From: an uncultured Planctomycetota bacterium
GTDB taxonomy: Bacteria > Planctomycetota > Planctomycetia > Isosphaerales > Isosphaeraceae
Length of the DNA: 64,000 nt
Direction of reading: 5' to 3'
Assembly: GCA_963845755.1 (NCBI GenBank)
Contig: CAWJTV010000034.1
Span: forward strand, 704,001 to 768,000
Every line of letters begins with the position of its first letter. The stretch's first letter is position 1. Under the pieces are notes generated by a model, which made no database searches, was not told the origin of the DNA, and saw only the letters and a list, made by a program, of their open reading frames with translations. Shown in pieces: positions 1-9,492 of the stretch. Made by a program: the position numbers and the translations under genes.

Positions 1-1278
1 GCGCTCGCCGTGCTTGCCGGCATGGTGGTCGTCCTCCTCGGACTGGCCGTGTGGCCCCGCCCACTCTCGAGGCCCCATGCCAGGCCGGATGACGCGACCG
101 AGACCCGACCGACGCCGGACCTCGAAACGAAGGCGGACTCCCACCAAAACGTCGGGACGCAAGAGTCCGACATCATCGTCCGCATCGAGAATCCGGGGAC
201 GAAGGATGCGTCGAGGGAGAAGCCGGCCCAGGACCTGGTGGAAGCGATCGAGACTGCCATGGGAAACCTGGGTTACGTCGAGTTGCGAAATCGACGGCCG
301 TTGATCCTCCAAGCGGGGCGGATCCCCAATCTGGGTTCGGCCCGGAAGGCGAAGGTGGATATTCGCGCCGCACCCGGGATCGTGCCCACTCTCGTGATTC
401 AGTTCGGCGGCGACAAGGCTTTCTTGCGGACCGGATCGACGGTGTCCCTCTCGCTCTCCGGGCTGGACATCCAGGTCCAGTACGTCCCCAGGCCGGGGGG
501 CGCCGCCCCGTCCCGCTGATCGAAGCCGGCGGTCCCGTCAAGCTCGATCGTTGCGCTTTTCAGGTCGTGGACGGTCCGCCACCCGAGGGCTGCCTTGCCC
601 TGGCCGTGGATAGCCAGGTCCTGACCGTCGAGGACTGCTGGTTCCAGGGGTTCGACACGGCAATCAAAGTCCAGTCCTATGAGTCGACGGTCGCACAGAT
701 CCGCCAGACGATGATCGTGTCCTGTCCGAGGATGAACGAACGGCGTGGCTCTGGCGTGGAGCTCGATCTCGCGGCCGGCGGTGTGGTCGCTGGCGTCTCG
801 CGGCGGTTGTTGATGGAGCATTGTACTTTCGAAGGTGCGGGCTTCCTGAAACTCGTCCCCGAGTCGATCCACTCGCCCCTGGAGATCGAGGTCACGCGTT
901 GCGCCGTGCCGCACCGATTGGCTCGTGGCCTGGAACCCTTCGAAGCCCGAGGACGTGTTCGCGACCCAGTTCCACTGGCAGGGTGAGAGAAATCGGTTCG
1001 CGATCCTTGGGAACTCGTGGATCGAGCTCTCCGAGAAGGACGGGCCCGCGCTCACGACCGAGGTTACCGACCTGGACAGTTGGTCGAAGTTCGCCGTCCA
1101 CGAGCACGACCCGATCCGGACCGAACTGCGATACCGGAACAATCCCGAGGCACGGACCCAATCCTTACAGCCCGGAGATTTCGCCTTCGACTCGCCAGAC
1201 CCCCCCGGCGCCGACTCCGATCAAGTCGGGCCCTGGGGCCAGTTGAGAACCGAACATGCGGCGCGGACACCCGACTGA
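1..1278 (+). CDS. C-terminal part of a membrane-anchored hypothetical protein (5' end outside window; frameshifted)
   Basis: Three consecutive protein-like + ORFs (10-519, 567-986, 925-1278) read as one frameshifted gene. They contain a TM segment (LAGMVVVLLGLAVW) and beta-helix-like motifs (LTVEDCWFQG, LLMEHCTFEG). Confidence 0.5.
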
Positions 1279-1372
1279 CATTCCGGGCCGGCGACATCTT
1301 CCGCCCGTTGCAACCCCGGGGAACTTCTAGAATCCGAGTAGCCCCGATCCTGCTCCCGAGGGGACTTCCATC

Positions 1373-2308
1373 GTGCGCCGAATCGCCGTGGCCCTGGTTT
1401 CCGCGCAGCTCGTCGGTGCACTGACGACCCTCGCGGCCGTCGCGGCGGAGCCGACGGTCCTCGATCTGTGGCCGGGGAAGACGCCGGGAGACGTCGGCAT
1501 CAAGGGCCAGGAAACCAGCCGAATCCATCCGTCGCCCCTGGTGGGACCGACCAAACTGATCACGAACGTGACCAGGCCAACCCTGACGATCTACCAGCCG
1601 GACCGGGCCAGGAACACGGGGACGGCGATGATCATCTGTCCGGGGGGCGGCTACTGGGATCTCTACTGGGAGCTCGAAGGGGAGGAAGTGGCGGCGTGGC
1701 TGAACGCGCAGGGCATGACTGGCATCATCCTCAAGTATCGATGTCCGCGGCGGCCCGGGGATGTCCGCGGTGAGCCGCCCCTGGGCCCGCAGCTCGACGC
1801 CCAGCGGGCCGTCCGGCTGGTCCGGAGCCGCGCCGCGGAATGGGGGATCGACCCGAAGCGGATCGGGATCGTCGGGTTCTCGGCCGGCGGCCACCTCGCC
1901 ATCGCGACCGCCGCCGGGTTCGGGAGGCGACTCTATGAACCGATCGACGCTGTCGACACGATCAGTTGCCGGACCGATTTCGCCGTTGCGTGCTATTCGG
2001 GTTACCTCAAACCCAAGGATAAGGAGGGAATCCGGGCCGATCTCCAAATTCCGCCCGTTACACCCCCGATCTTCCTGGCCCACGCCTCCGACGACACGGA
2101 AAGCTACGGCGGCTCAAACGCGGAGAACAGCGCCTTCATGTATATGGCCTTGAAGCGCGCCGGTATTCCCGCGGAACTGCACATTTATGCGACGGGGGAC
2201 CACGACTTCGGCGTCCGGCAAAACGAAAAACTCCCCTCGAGCTGGACGCCGCTCTGCATCAAATGGCTGCGCAGTCAGAATCTTCTGAAGCCGGCCTCGA
2301 ACCCGTGA
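1373..2308 (+). CDS. secreted alpha/beta hydrolase (acetyl-xylan esterase/BD-FAE-like)
   Basis: Signal peptide, CPGGGY oxyanion motif, GFSAGG nucleophile elbow, HASDD and GDHDFG (Asp/His). Confidence 0.9.
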   Translation: MRRIAVALVSAQLVGALTTLAAVAAEPTVLDLWPGKTPGDVGIKGQETSRIHPSPLVGPTKLITNVTRPTLTIYQPDRARNTGTAMIICPGGGYWDLYWELEGEEVAAWLNAQGMTGIILKYRCPRRPGDVRGEPPLGPQLDAQRAVRLVRSRAAEWGIDPKRIGIVGFSAGGHLAIATAAGFGRRLYEPIDAVDTISCRTDFAVACYSGYLKPKDKEGIRADLQIPPVTPPIFLAHASDDTESYGGSNAENSAFMYMALKRAGIPAELHIYATGDHDFGVRQNEKLPSSWTPLCIKWLRSQNLLKPASNP

Positions 2309-2391
2309 TAGGAGGGTCGCCGGGCTTTTCCGCCCGGCCGGGCAATCTCCATTTAGTTGCACAGCTCAGGTGTCAGCGAAGGGGCTGGACT

Positions 2392-3153
2392 GTGAACGCG
2401 TCGAGGAAACTGACATACGTGATCGGGTCTATCGGCTTGCTGGGGGGCCTGCTCGCCGCACTCGCCCCGAGGCCCTCGCGGGAGGCGGACCCGACGATCG
2501 TGCAACATCTGGCCGGCAAGCCGGTGTGGCCGCCGGAGCAGGACGCCGCGCCGCCGGAAGTCCGGGAATTCCTGGACCGCGTGCTGGAGAAGCTCCCGGA
2601 CCGCGGTTCCGGAGTCAGAGGCTATCAATTCTCCCACTGGGAATGGGCTGGGAAGCCGACCCACGAGGCCATCGGGCTCAAAGCGGTCCCTCTCGCCGAT
2701 CCGCAGAGGTTGATCGATCGCGTCATGGACGTGGATCGTTATGCGAGTCATGTCGCCCACGTCGAAACTTGCCGTTCCGAGCCGGATCCGGCGTTCACGC
2801 GACCCGAGAAGGTGCGATTCTACCAGGTCATCAACGTACCGGGAGTGGCCAAGATCCAGCAGGTGTTGGTGCTGGTGGATGGAGGGACGATGAAGGGCTA
2901 CCGGGTCGCTTACTGGTACCTGCTCAAGGACAAGACCCCATCGTTGGATCCGAAGGCCGGCGCTCGCAGCGACTTCAATGTCGGGGCCTGGTTCGCAGCC
3001 CCGGGCGTGGTGGGTTACGCGATGACCTGCTGGCCCAAGCGGGACGATCTGAACCGGCTCCAATGGATCTCGCTGACCTCCGGGGCGAATGCCCTTGCGA
3101 AGCGAATGGTCGAGGGCAATATTGACGGCATGGTGGCGTGGGCGCAGAAGTAG
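2392..3153 (+). CDS. hypothetical membrane-anchored protein (possibly SRPBCC/START-like)
   Basis: In-frame GTG start, N-terminal hydrophobic segment, protein-like composition. The fold guess rests only on 'RVMDVDRYASHVAHVETC'. Confidence 0.6.
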   Translation: MNASRKLTYVIGSIGLLGGLLAALAPRPSREADPTIVQHLAGKPVWPPEQDAAPPEVREFLDRVLEKLPDRGSGVRGYQFSHWEWAGKPTHEAIGLKAVPLADPQRLIDRVMDVDRYASHVAHVETCRSEPDPAFTRPEKVRFYQVINVPGVAKIQQVLVLVDGGTMKGYRVAYWYLLKDKTPSLDPKAGARSDFNVGAWFAAPGVVGYAMTCWPKRDDLNRLQWISLTSGANALAKRMVEGNIDGMVAWAQK

Positions 3154-3275
3154 AAGGACGCCTTGCCGCCTTTGCATTCATCATGGCGGCCGAGTGAGAG
3201 TCCGGCGAGATTGCTGAGAACGTCACGACGATCCTGTCAGGAAATCGGGCTCGGCGGCAACTCTCTAGTCGAACC

Positions 3276-3875
3276 ATGAGCGAGCCCAGCCGACCGCCTA
3301 CACCTGAGCCCGAGATGGCGGCGATCCGTGCCCTGGACTGGGGCAGAACCCTCGCCGAGCACGATCGCTGGCTGCGCCGGGTGGTCGCGGCGCGACTGGG
3401 CGAGCCGCAGGCCGTCGACGAGGTGATGCAGGACGTCGCGCTGGCCGCGGTGGCTCAGCGGACACCGTTGCTGAATCCGGCGCGGGCGGCCGTCTGGCTG
3501 TATCGGCTGGCGGTGCGGCACGTGCTGATCTACCGGCGCAAGACCGGCCGGCAGCGCGGGCTGGTGCATCGCTATGCCTCTCGGCGGACGTTGAGCGATC
3601 TCGACGCAGCCCCCTCGCCGCTGGCCTGGCTGGTGAGTGAGGAGCGGCAGAAGCTCGTTCAAGACGCCCTGCGCCGGCTGCCGTCACGCGACGCCGAGAT
3701 CCTGGTCCTCAAGCACGCCGAGGGATTTACCGCCCGGGTCCTGGCGGATCGTCTGGGTGTCACCGTGGCGACCGTCGAGACGCGGTTGCACCGCGCCCGC
3801 CATCGGCTTCGCATCGAGCTGGCCGAGTTATCCGCCGAATTCGAGGCATCCGACCATGACCATGATCGAAAGTGA
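3276..3875 (+). CDS. ECF RNA polymerase sigma factor
   Basis: Region 2 (VDEVMQDV...WLYRLAVR) and region 4 HTH (LADRLGVTVATVETRLHRAR). Confidence 0.92.
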   Translation: MSEPSRPPTPEPEMAAIRALDWGRTLAEHDRWLRRVVAARLGEPQAVDEVMQDVALAAVAQRTPLLNPARAAVWLYRLAVRHVLIYRRKTGRQRGLVHRYASRRTLSDLDAAPSPLAWLVSEERQKLVQDALRRLPSRDAEILVLKHAEGFTARVLADRLGVTVATVETRLHRARHRLRIELAELSAEFEASDHDHDRK

Positions 3876-4633
3876 TTGCGGATCTCCGCTCGACGAGTTC
3901 ATCGACCGCATCGTCGATGGGGAACTCAGCCCGACCGAGCTCGGCGCGACCCTCGATCGTCTCGACCGCGAGCCCGACGGCTGGAAACGATGTACCCTGG
4001 CGTTCCTCGAGGCGCAGTGCTGGCGCGAGTCGTTCCGCGCCCTCGATCCGCCGGTCGGCGTTTCGGTCGGGGCCCCATCGCAGCCGATGCCGCCGGCCTC
4101 CGGGCGAGAACTCCGGCGATTCCGTGGCTGGCGGCGCGGGGTCATCGCCGCCGGGATCGCCGCGGTCTCCTTCGCGATGGGGTGGCTCGTCCATCCCGTT
4201 CGACCGCCCTCGCCGGCCCAGAACGGGAAAACACAGATGCCACCCATGATCGCGACTCATGTTGAGGATGCTCCGAAACCACCCGTCGAGAGCCCGGGGG
4301 TTCGGGAATCTGCCGAATTGGCGGGCGAATTCGCGAGACCGCCTCTCCAACCCCGGTTTGTCGCGGATCCCCGTGAATCCATCGTGACAGTCGCTCATTT
4401 GCGGGTCGGAAGTGCCGAGGTGCCGGTCCTGGCCGGTCCGAAGATCGACGAGGAGTGGGTCAGGACTCAGCCGCCCGCTTTGAATGAGTACCAGCGCCGC
4501 GCTACTGGAACGCCAGGGCTATCAGGTCGCCCAGCATCGGCGGATCAAAATGGCCACGCTGCCTGACGGCCGTCGCGTGGCCGTCCCCATCGACCAGGTG
4601 CAAGTCAGTTATACCGGAAACAACCCCTTGTGA
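3856..4633 (+). CDS. putative transmembrane anti-sigma factor (frameshift ~4500)
   Basis: Overlaps the sigma stop codon. N-terminal 'IDRIVDGELS...WKRCTLAFLEAQ', one TM helix. The C-terminus ...LLERQGYQ...VPIDQVQVSYTGNNPL* continues in another frame. Confidence 0.72.
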
Positions 4634-4715
4634 CGTTCGGCCCGATCGGGCGGACGGAGAAGGTGTCTCACGGAAGTTCGACGATCGTTCATTATCGACG
4701 AAACGGAGACTCGAC

Positions 4716-7347
4716 ATGCGGTTTCGACTCGCGTTGTGCATGGCACTTGGGCTCATCCTGACCTTGAGTCACCCGGCTGACACTTTCGGCCGGCAGGGAC
4801 AAGGGAACCAAAACCCGCAGAAAGGGCAACAAGCGGGTGAGACGGTCGTCGAGGCGGTCTTCGGCTACAGCGGACAAGGGAACCAAAGCGCTCCGCAAGC
4901 GCAAGAAGACCAAAGGAAGGGCCAGCAGGGTAACCCCGGCGCAGAGAAGCAAGGCGCGAACCAGGGACAGGGCCAGCAGGGTAACCCCGCGCACAGAAGC
5001 AGGGCCAAGGGCAGCCAAGCCAGGACCCGAACGATCAAAACGGGAGTTCCCAGCAGAGTCCCGCGCCTGGATCAAGGATGTCACCGCGGGGCCTCTTGCC
5101 GGACGACAATATCAGTACACTCTGAGTCCCAATGCTTTCGCCTTCGTCGGGATTGGTAGCCGAAACTCCGGCATGCGCCTCGCGGCCGCGGACGATGCGC
5201 TCCGGGCGCAACTGAAACTCCCCAAGGAGGAGGGACTGATCGTGACCGCCATGGAACCCGGTTCTCCCGCCGCTTCAGCGGGGATCGAGCCGAATGACGT
5301 CTTGCTCCGCCTGGGCAGTGAGGCTCCCAAGGGCATCGCTCTCGGGAAGCCCGAAGACCTCGAAAAGGGGCTGAAGCTCGTCGGCGACTCGCCGCAACAA
5401 TTGTTCCTCCTCCGCCGGGGTCGAAAACTCGCGATCAAGGTCCAGCCGGAAGTGAAGGTCAGTCTGGGACCCGTCCGGCCCGAGCCACCCTCTTATTGGA
5501 TCGGAGTCTCGGTCGGTTCCATCGAGCCGGCGCTGCGCACAACTCCAACTCCCCGAGAAGCACGGCTTGCTCGCCCTTGAAGTGGTCAAGGATAGTCCGG
5601 CGCAGAAGGCGGGCGTCAGGCCTCACGACATCCTGCTCAGACTGGACGGTGAAGCTCTGATCAACCAGGCTGAGCTCATCCAGATCGTCCAGGCCAAGGG
5701 TGAGAAACCGATTTCCCTCGAACTGGTACGCGAGGGGAAAAAAGAGACGATCGAGATCACTCCACAGCGAAGGGAGAACCGGGCCGCCTGGAGATGGGAA
5801 ATGCCGAAGGCATCCACTTGGGAGATGATCAACGTCGGCTCGCTCCTGCCGGGCCAGACTGCTGGCGCAAACAACGGAGGCGGAGTCGTATACTTCGACC
5901 ACGATAATGACGGGGATCTCGATCTCCTGACTGTGTCGAATCGTGGATCGAATCGGCAAGCAATTGAGGGCAGCGACGGGGCAATGGCGAAGCGACTCGA
6001 CGACTTGACCTCCCAGGTCAAGGAACTCCGCCAGGCCATCGACGCCCTGACCATGGCCGCACAGGGAAGGAATTCTCAGCAGGGGACAAACCCCAACTCC
6101 TACGCCCCCCGATTCTCAGCAGGGAGCCAACGCCACCAATCCCCAGCAGGGGGCCAACACCGCAAATCGCCAGCAGGGAGCCAACGCCACCAATCCCCAG
6201 CAGGGAGCCGACGCCGCTAATCCCCAGCAGGGAGCCAACGCCAACAATCCCCAGGCGGGGCCGGTAGCGATGACTGCCGAAGGTGTGCTCCAGGTCGTTA
6301 TTCGTCCGCGGCAGATCCGACGACTCGTAGCAGGCAAACAAGCCCGGCCAGTAGCTCCGGGTCACCTTCACGAACTGCTTCAAACTCGCCCGCACCGCGG
6401 GCTCGTCCGTCGTCGCCACCGCCCGGCGCATTCGCGCGAGCAGTTGCACCATCCGCCGTCGCACCTTCTTCGCCGGCAGCCCCTCCTCGTTCTTGAGGAT
6501 CCGGGCAGCGCTGCTTGACCCATTGGACGACTCGCCACTGCCGGGAACAGCGCGGCCGTCTCCTCCAGCCTGCGCCGCAGCAATTGCCTCAGCCGTTTCA
6601 AACCCCCGGGCAGGTCGCCCGCCTTGGCGACGACATCGTCCAAGCTGGCGGCAATCCGGCTCAATCGATCCTGCCGCTTCAGCCCGGAGGCCGAAAGCGG
6701 TGGCAGTCCGTCGTCGGTCAAGGCCCCGCGCACCGCGGCGCAGTAGTCCCGCACCACCTCCGCCTCCGCGTCCTCCGCGTCGTCCTCCAGCTCCTTCTCC
6801 GCCTGAGCGCTCGATCTTCCGGATGCCCCGCACCCGCTTCTTCAACTCCTTCTTGGCGTGGCGATCCGCCTCGTAGATCGGCTTGGCCGCCTCGCGGAAG
6901 TAGTGGAAATGGCAGAGCTGATGGGGGACACCTTTGAGGGCGATAGCCACGGCGTTGCGGATGCTCTCCTGACCGTCGGAGACCACGCCGGTGATCGGCA
7001 CCGGCAGGACCTTCCGCACCTGGTCGATCAGGCCGGCCAGGTCCTGGGCCGTGGACGACAGCAGGCTCTTGGCCAGGAGGATCTCGCCGGAGAGGCAGTC
7101 GCGCAGCACCCAGAGGACCTCGTGGCCGACATCCGGCTGCAGGCCGTCGATGGCCAGGATGACGCGGCCCTGCGGGCGCAACAGCGGACCGAGTCGCTGG
7201 GGATCGGCCGTGGCCAGGGACCGCAGCTCGTCGTAGCGGTCCAACAGGTTGGTGACGGTGCGTTCGGCCGTTGCTAACAATCCCCAACAGGGACCCAACG
7301 CCAACAATCCCCAACAGGGGCCCAACGCCAACAATCCCCAGCCGTGA
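4716..7347 (+). CDS. secreted tandem-PDZ protein with Gln/Asn-rich repeats; C-terminal repeat tract interrupted by a transposase fragment (frameshifted)
   Basis: Signal peptide, QGQQGNP repeats, two PDZ domains (GSPAASAGIEPNDVLL; DSPAQKAGVRPHDILL) and a coiled coil. NPQQGANAN repeats resume after 7270 and end at TGA 7345-7347. Confidence 0.7.
6071..6258 (+). repeat. 27-bp tandem repeat (AATCCCCAGCAGGGAGCCAACGCCANC; NPQQGANAx), ~6 copies
   Basis: Directly visible. Confidence 0.9.
6259..7270 (-). mobile_element. internal fragment of a DDE transposase (Mutator/IS256-ISL3-like motifs), no termini
   Basis: Motifs ILAIDGLQPD, VVSDGQ, HQLCHFH and PRTNNDLEHTFG. It has no start or stop of its own and is bounded by GGCCG at 6259-6263 and 7266-7270. 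Confidence 0.85.
7271..7344 (+). repeat. continuation of the 27-bp tandem repeat (~2.5 copies)
   Basis: AACAATCCCCAACAGGG(A/G)CCCAACGCC units. Confidence 0.88.
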
Positions 7348-7687
7348 CCGGACTCATCCCGGTCAGGTCAATCTGTGGGAGGATCGACGGGCCGGGGCAC
7401 TCGCCCGCCGCCGATCCCGTCCCTTTGGTTCCCTCGACACTCAGCCCGGCTTTCCCCAGCCGGCTGACGATCACCGGCCAGTGCCGGGCCAGGCTGTGCT
7501 CATCCATGGTATGCGTGCAAAGGATCGTCTCGCGGTCCTGGCGGCCGATTACACGCACCCCGCCCGGTGCGCGATGCAAGGCCCGCCGGACCGCGTTGAT
7601 GCTCGGTGCCCGAACGTAAAACCGGCCGCCCGGTTCGGCCTCGCGTTCCGCGAACTCGTCGTTTCTGGTAGGATTCATGGTGAACAA
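7274..7687 (-). CDS. hypothetical protein
   Basis: 137-aa ORF with a protein-like first ~85 aa and a GAGG upstream. The 3' end runs into the repeat. Confidence 0.45.
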   Translation of the reverse strand: MFTMNPTRNDEFAEREAEPGGRFYVRAPSINAVRRALHRAPGGVRVIGRQDRETILCTHTMDEHSLARHWPVIVSRLGKAGLSVEGTKGTGSAAGECPGPSILPQIDLTGMSPVTAGDCWRWAPVGDCWRWVPVGDC

Positions 7688-7725
7688 TCCATCCTCAGTT
7701 CACAGGAGGGCCGCGATGCAGAACA

Positions 7726-7977
7726 ATGACCGAACCCGTCAAGCCGAGGAAGAGCTCAGCCGCACCATTCGATTCCGTGCGGATGGACAAGACAGTCTTT
7801 TCCGTCGTCTCCAGCTTCGAAGAAGCCGATGCCTCTGACAAGGAATACTGGCGGACTCAGAGCCCGCAGGCACGTCTCGAAGCCCTCGAATTGATGCGCC
7901 AGGTGGCTTATGGCTATGACCCCCTCACGGCTCGAATCGAACGGGTTCTTGAAGTCGTCAAGCGAGAGCCAAATTGA
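7726..7977 (+). CDS. small hypothetical protein (antitoxin-like, of the type usually found before nucleotidyltransferase genes)
   Basis: AGGAGG upstream and motif D..YW...SP..RLEALE.MR...YGY. Confidence 0.7.
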   Translation: MTEPVKPRKSSAAPFDSVRMDKTVFSVVSSFEEADASDKEYWRTQSPQARLEALELMRQVAYGYDPLTARIERVLEVVKREPN

Positions 7978-7995
7978 GTATCGGAAGGATCCATC

Positions 7996-8310
7996 ATGTC
8001 CGACCCTCCCACCCATGTCCGCGCACTCCAGGCCGAGCAAGTCCTCGAACTGACCTGGCCCGACGATCGGGTCAACCGCCTACAGTATCACCTGCTTCGG
8101 AGCGAATGCCCGTGTGCTTCGTGTCGCAACGAGTGGACGGGCGAACGGGTGCTCGACCCGAAGTCCATCCGGTCCGACTTGAAGCTCGTCGGCATGGAGA
8201 ATATCGGCACTTACGCCATTCAGCCAGCCTGGAACGATGGCCATGCCTCGGGCCTCTTCTCCTGGGAAACGTTGCGTGCTCTCGGCGATGACATTCACGG
8301 AGCGCGCTGA
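7996..8310 (+). CDS. DUF971 / GBBH-like N-terminal domain protein
   Basis: LRSECPCASC, IGTYAIQPAWNDGHASGLFSWETL. Confidence 0.9.
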   Translation: MSDPPTHVRALQAEQVLELTWPDDRVNRLQYHLLRSECPCASCRNEWTGERVLDPKSIRSDLKLVGMENIGTYAIQPAWNDGHASGLFSWETLRALGDDIHGAR

Positions 8311-8328
8311 GACGAGGTCCCGACACGC

Positions 8329-9492
8329 GTGGTGGAACCACTTTTCCCTAACGCGACCTTCGGCCGCAACCCAATCGGGATTCCCGATTCGCGATTCCGG
8401 ATTCCCGAAAGGGAATGATCCGGGAATCGGGAATCGCGAATCCGGAATTCGGAATCCCCAGATGCGCGCACGACGCAGGGATCCTACGGAGGAAGACTCT
8501 AACGAACCGATCTTGACCGTCGCCGTTCCGACCTGCAACGGCGCCGCTCATCTCGCCGAGACCCTGCACAGCATCATGGCCCAGGAGGGCGTCGTTTTCG
8601 ATCTCGTCATCTCCGATGATCGATCAGACGATCCGACCCTCGAAGTGGTTCGCTCCGTGGCCGGGGATCGAGCCCGGATCGAGGTGAACTCGGAGCGGCT
8701 CGGCCTCGCGGGCAACTGGAACCGTTGCGTCGCGCTGGGCCACACGCCGATAGTCGCCATCTTCCACCAGGACGATGTGATGGAGCCCGGTCACCTCGCG
8801 GCCCAGGTGCGGGCGTTCGCGGCGGATGAGGGCATCGGATTGGTCGCCGGCGCCTCCGATGTGATCGACGACAAGGGCGATCCGATCCCCGATCATGTGG
8901 TGGGTCGCGGTGGGCTCGGACCGGTGGATCGGATCTTCCAGCCCGGCGAGCTTGCCGGACTGATGGTCGAGGGAAACCCGTTGCGCTGCTCGGCGGTGAT
9001 ACTTCGTCGCGCGGCCTTCACGGAATCCGGTGGATTCGACGCCTCGTATCGATATGTGCTCGATTGGGAGTTCTGGCTGCGCGTGTCGAGGCGATGGAAG
9101 ATCGTCTGGCTGGCGAAGCCGTCCGTGCATGTGCGCTGGCACGCCGCGAGCGAGACGCATCGCTTCAAGACCGGCACGGCCGACCTGGAGGAAACCGCCC
9201 GACTGCTCGAACAGCTTTTCGCGATCGATCTGAAGGACCGTCCCGATGTCGACGTGCTGCGCCGGGCGCGAACGGCCGGCTCGCTCGCGCGTTCTTGAAC
9301 CGGGCCCATGAGGCCCTTCGTGCCGGACGGACAGATTTGGCCCGCGACGCGCTTCGTCGCGGGTTGCGACGGTCACCTGGCCTGATCGCCACGATCCTCC
9401 GCGATCCTCGACTGTGCATCCAGATGACAACCCTGGCCGCCGCGCCGCAACTGGCCCGGCGGCTATTCATGGAGCGTTCGCCCGCGTGGTGA
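8329..9492 (+). CDS. family 2 glycosyltransferase (5' end interrupted by the 151-bp element; frameshift ~9270)
   Basis: VAVPTCNG, SDDRSDD, GNWNRC, FHQDD and LDWEFWLR motifs. The reconstructed start is GTG 8329, and an alternative in-frame ATG at 8462 lies inside the element. Confidence 0.88.
8348..8501 (-). mobile_element. 151-bp heptamer-rich repeat element, copy 1
   Basis: Near-identical reverse complement of 40024-40177. CTAACG is repeated at 8348 and 8499. Confidence 0.9.

Noticed and set aside
6071..6258. 27-bp repeats as a CRISPR array
   Set aside because: There are no unique spacers or cas genes. The period is a multiple of 3 and encodes a peptide repeat.
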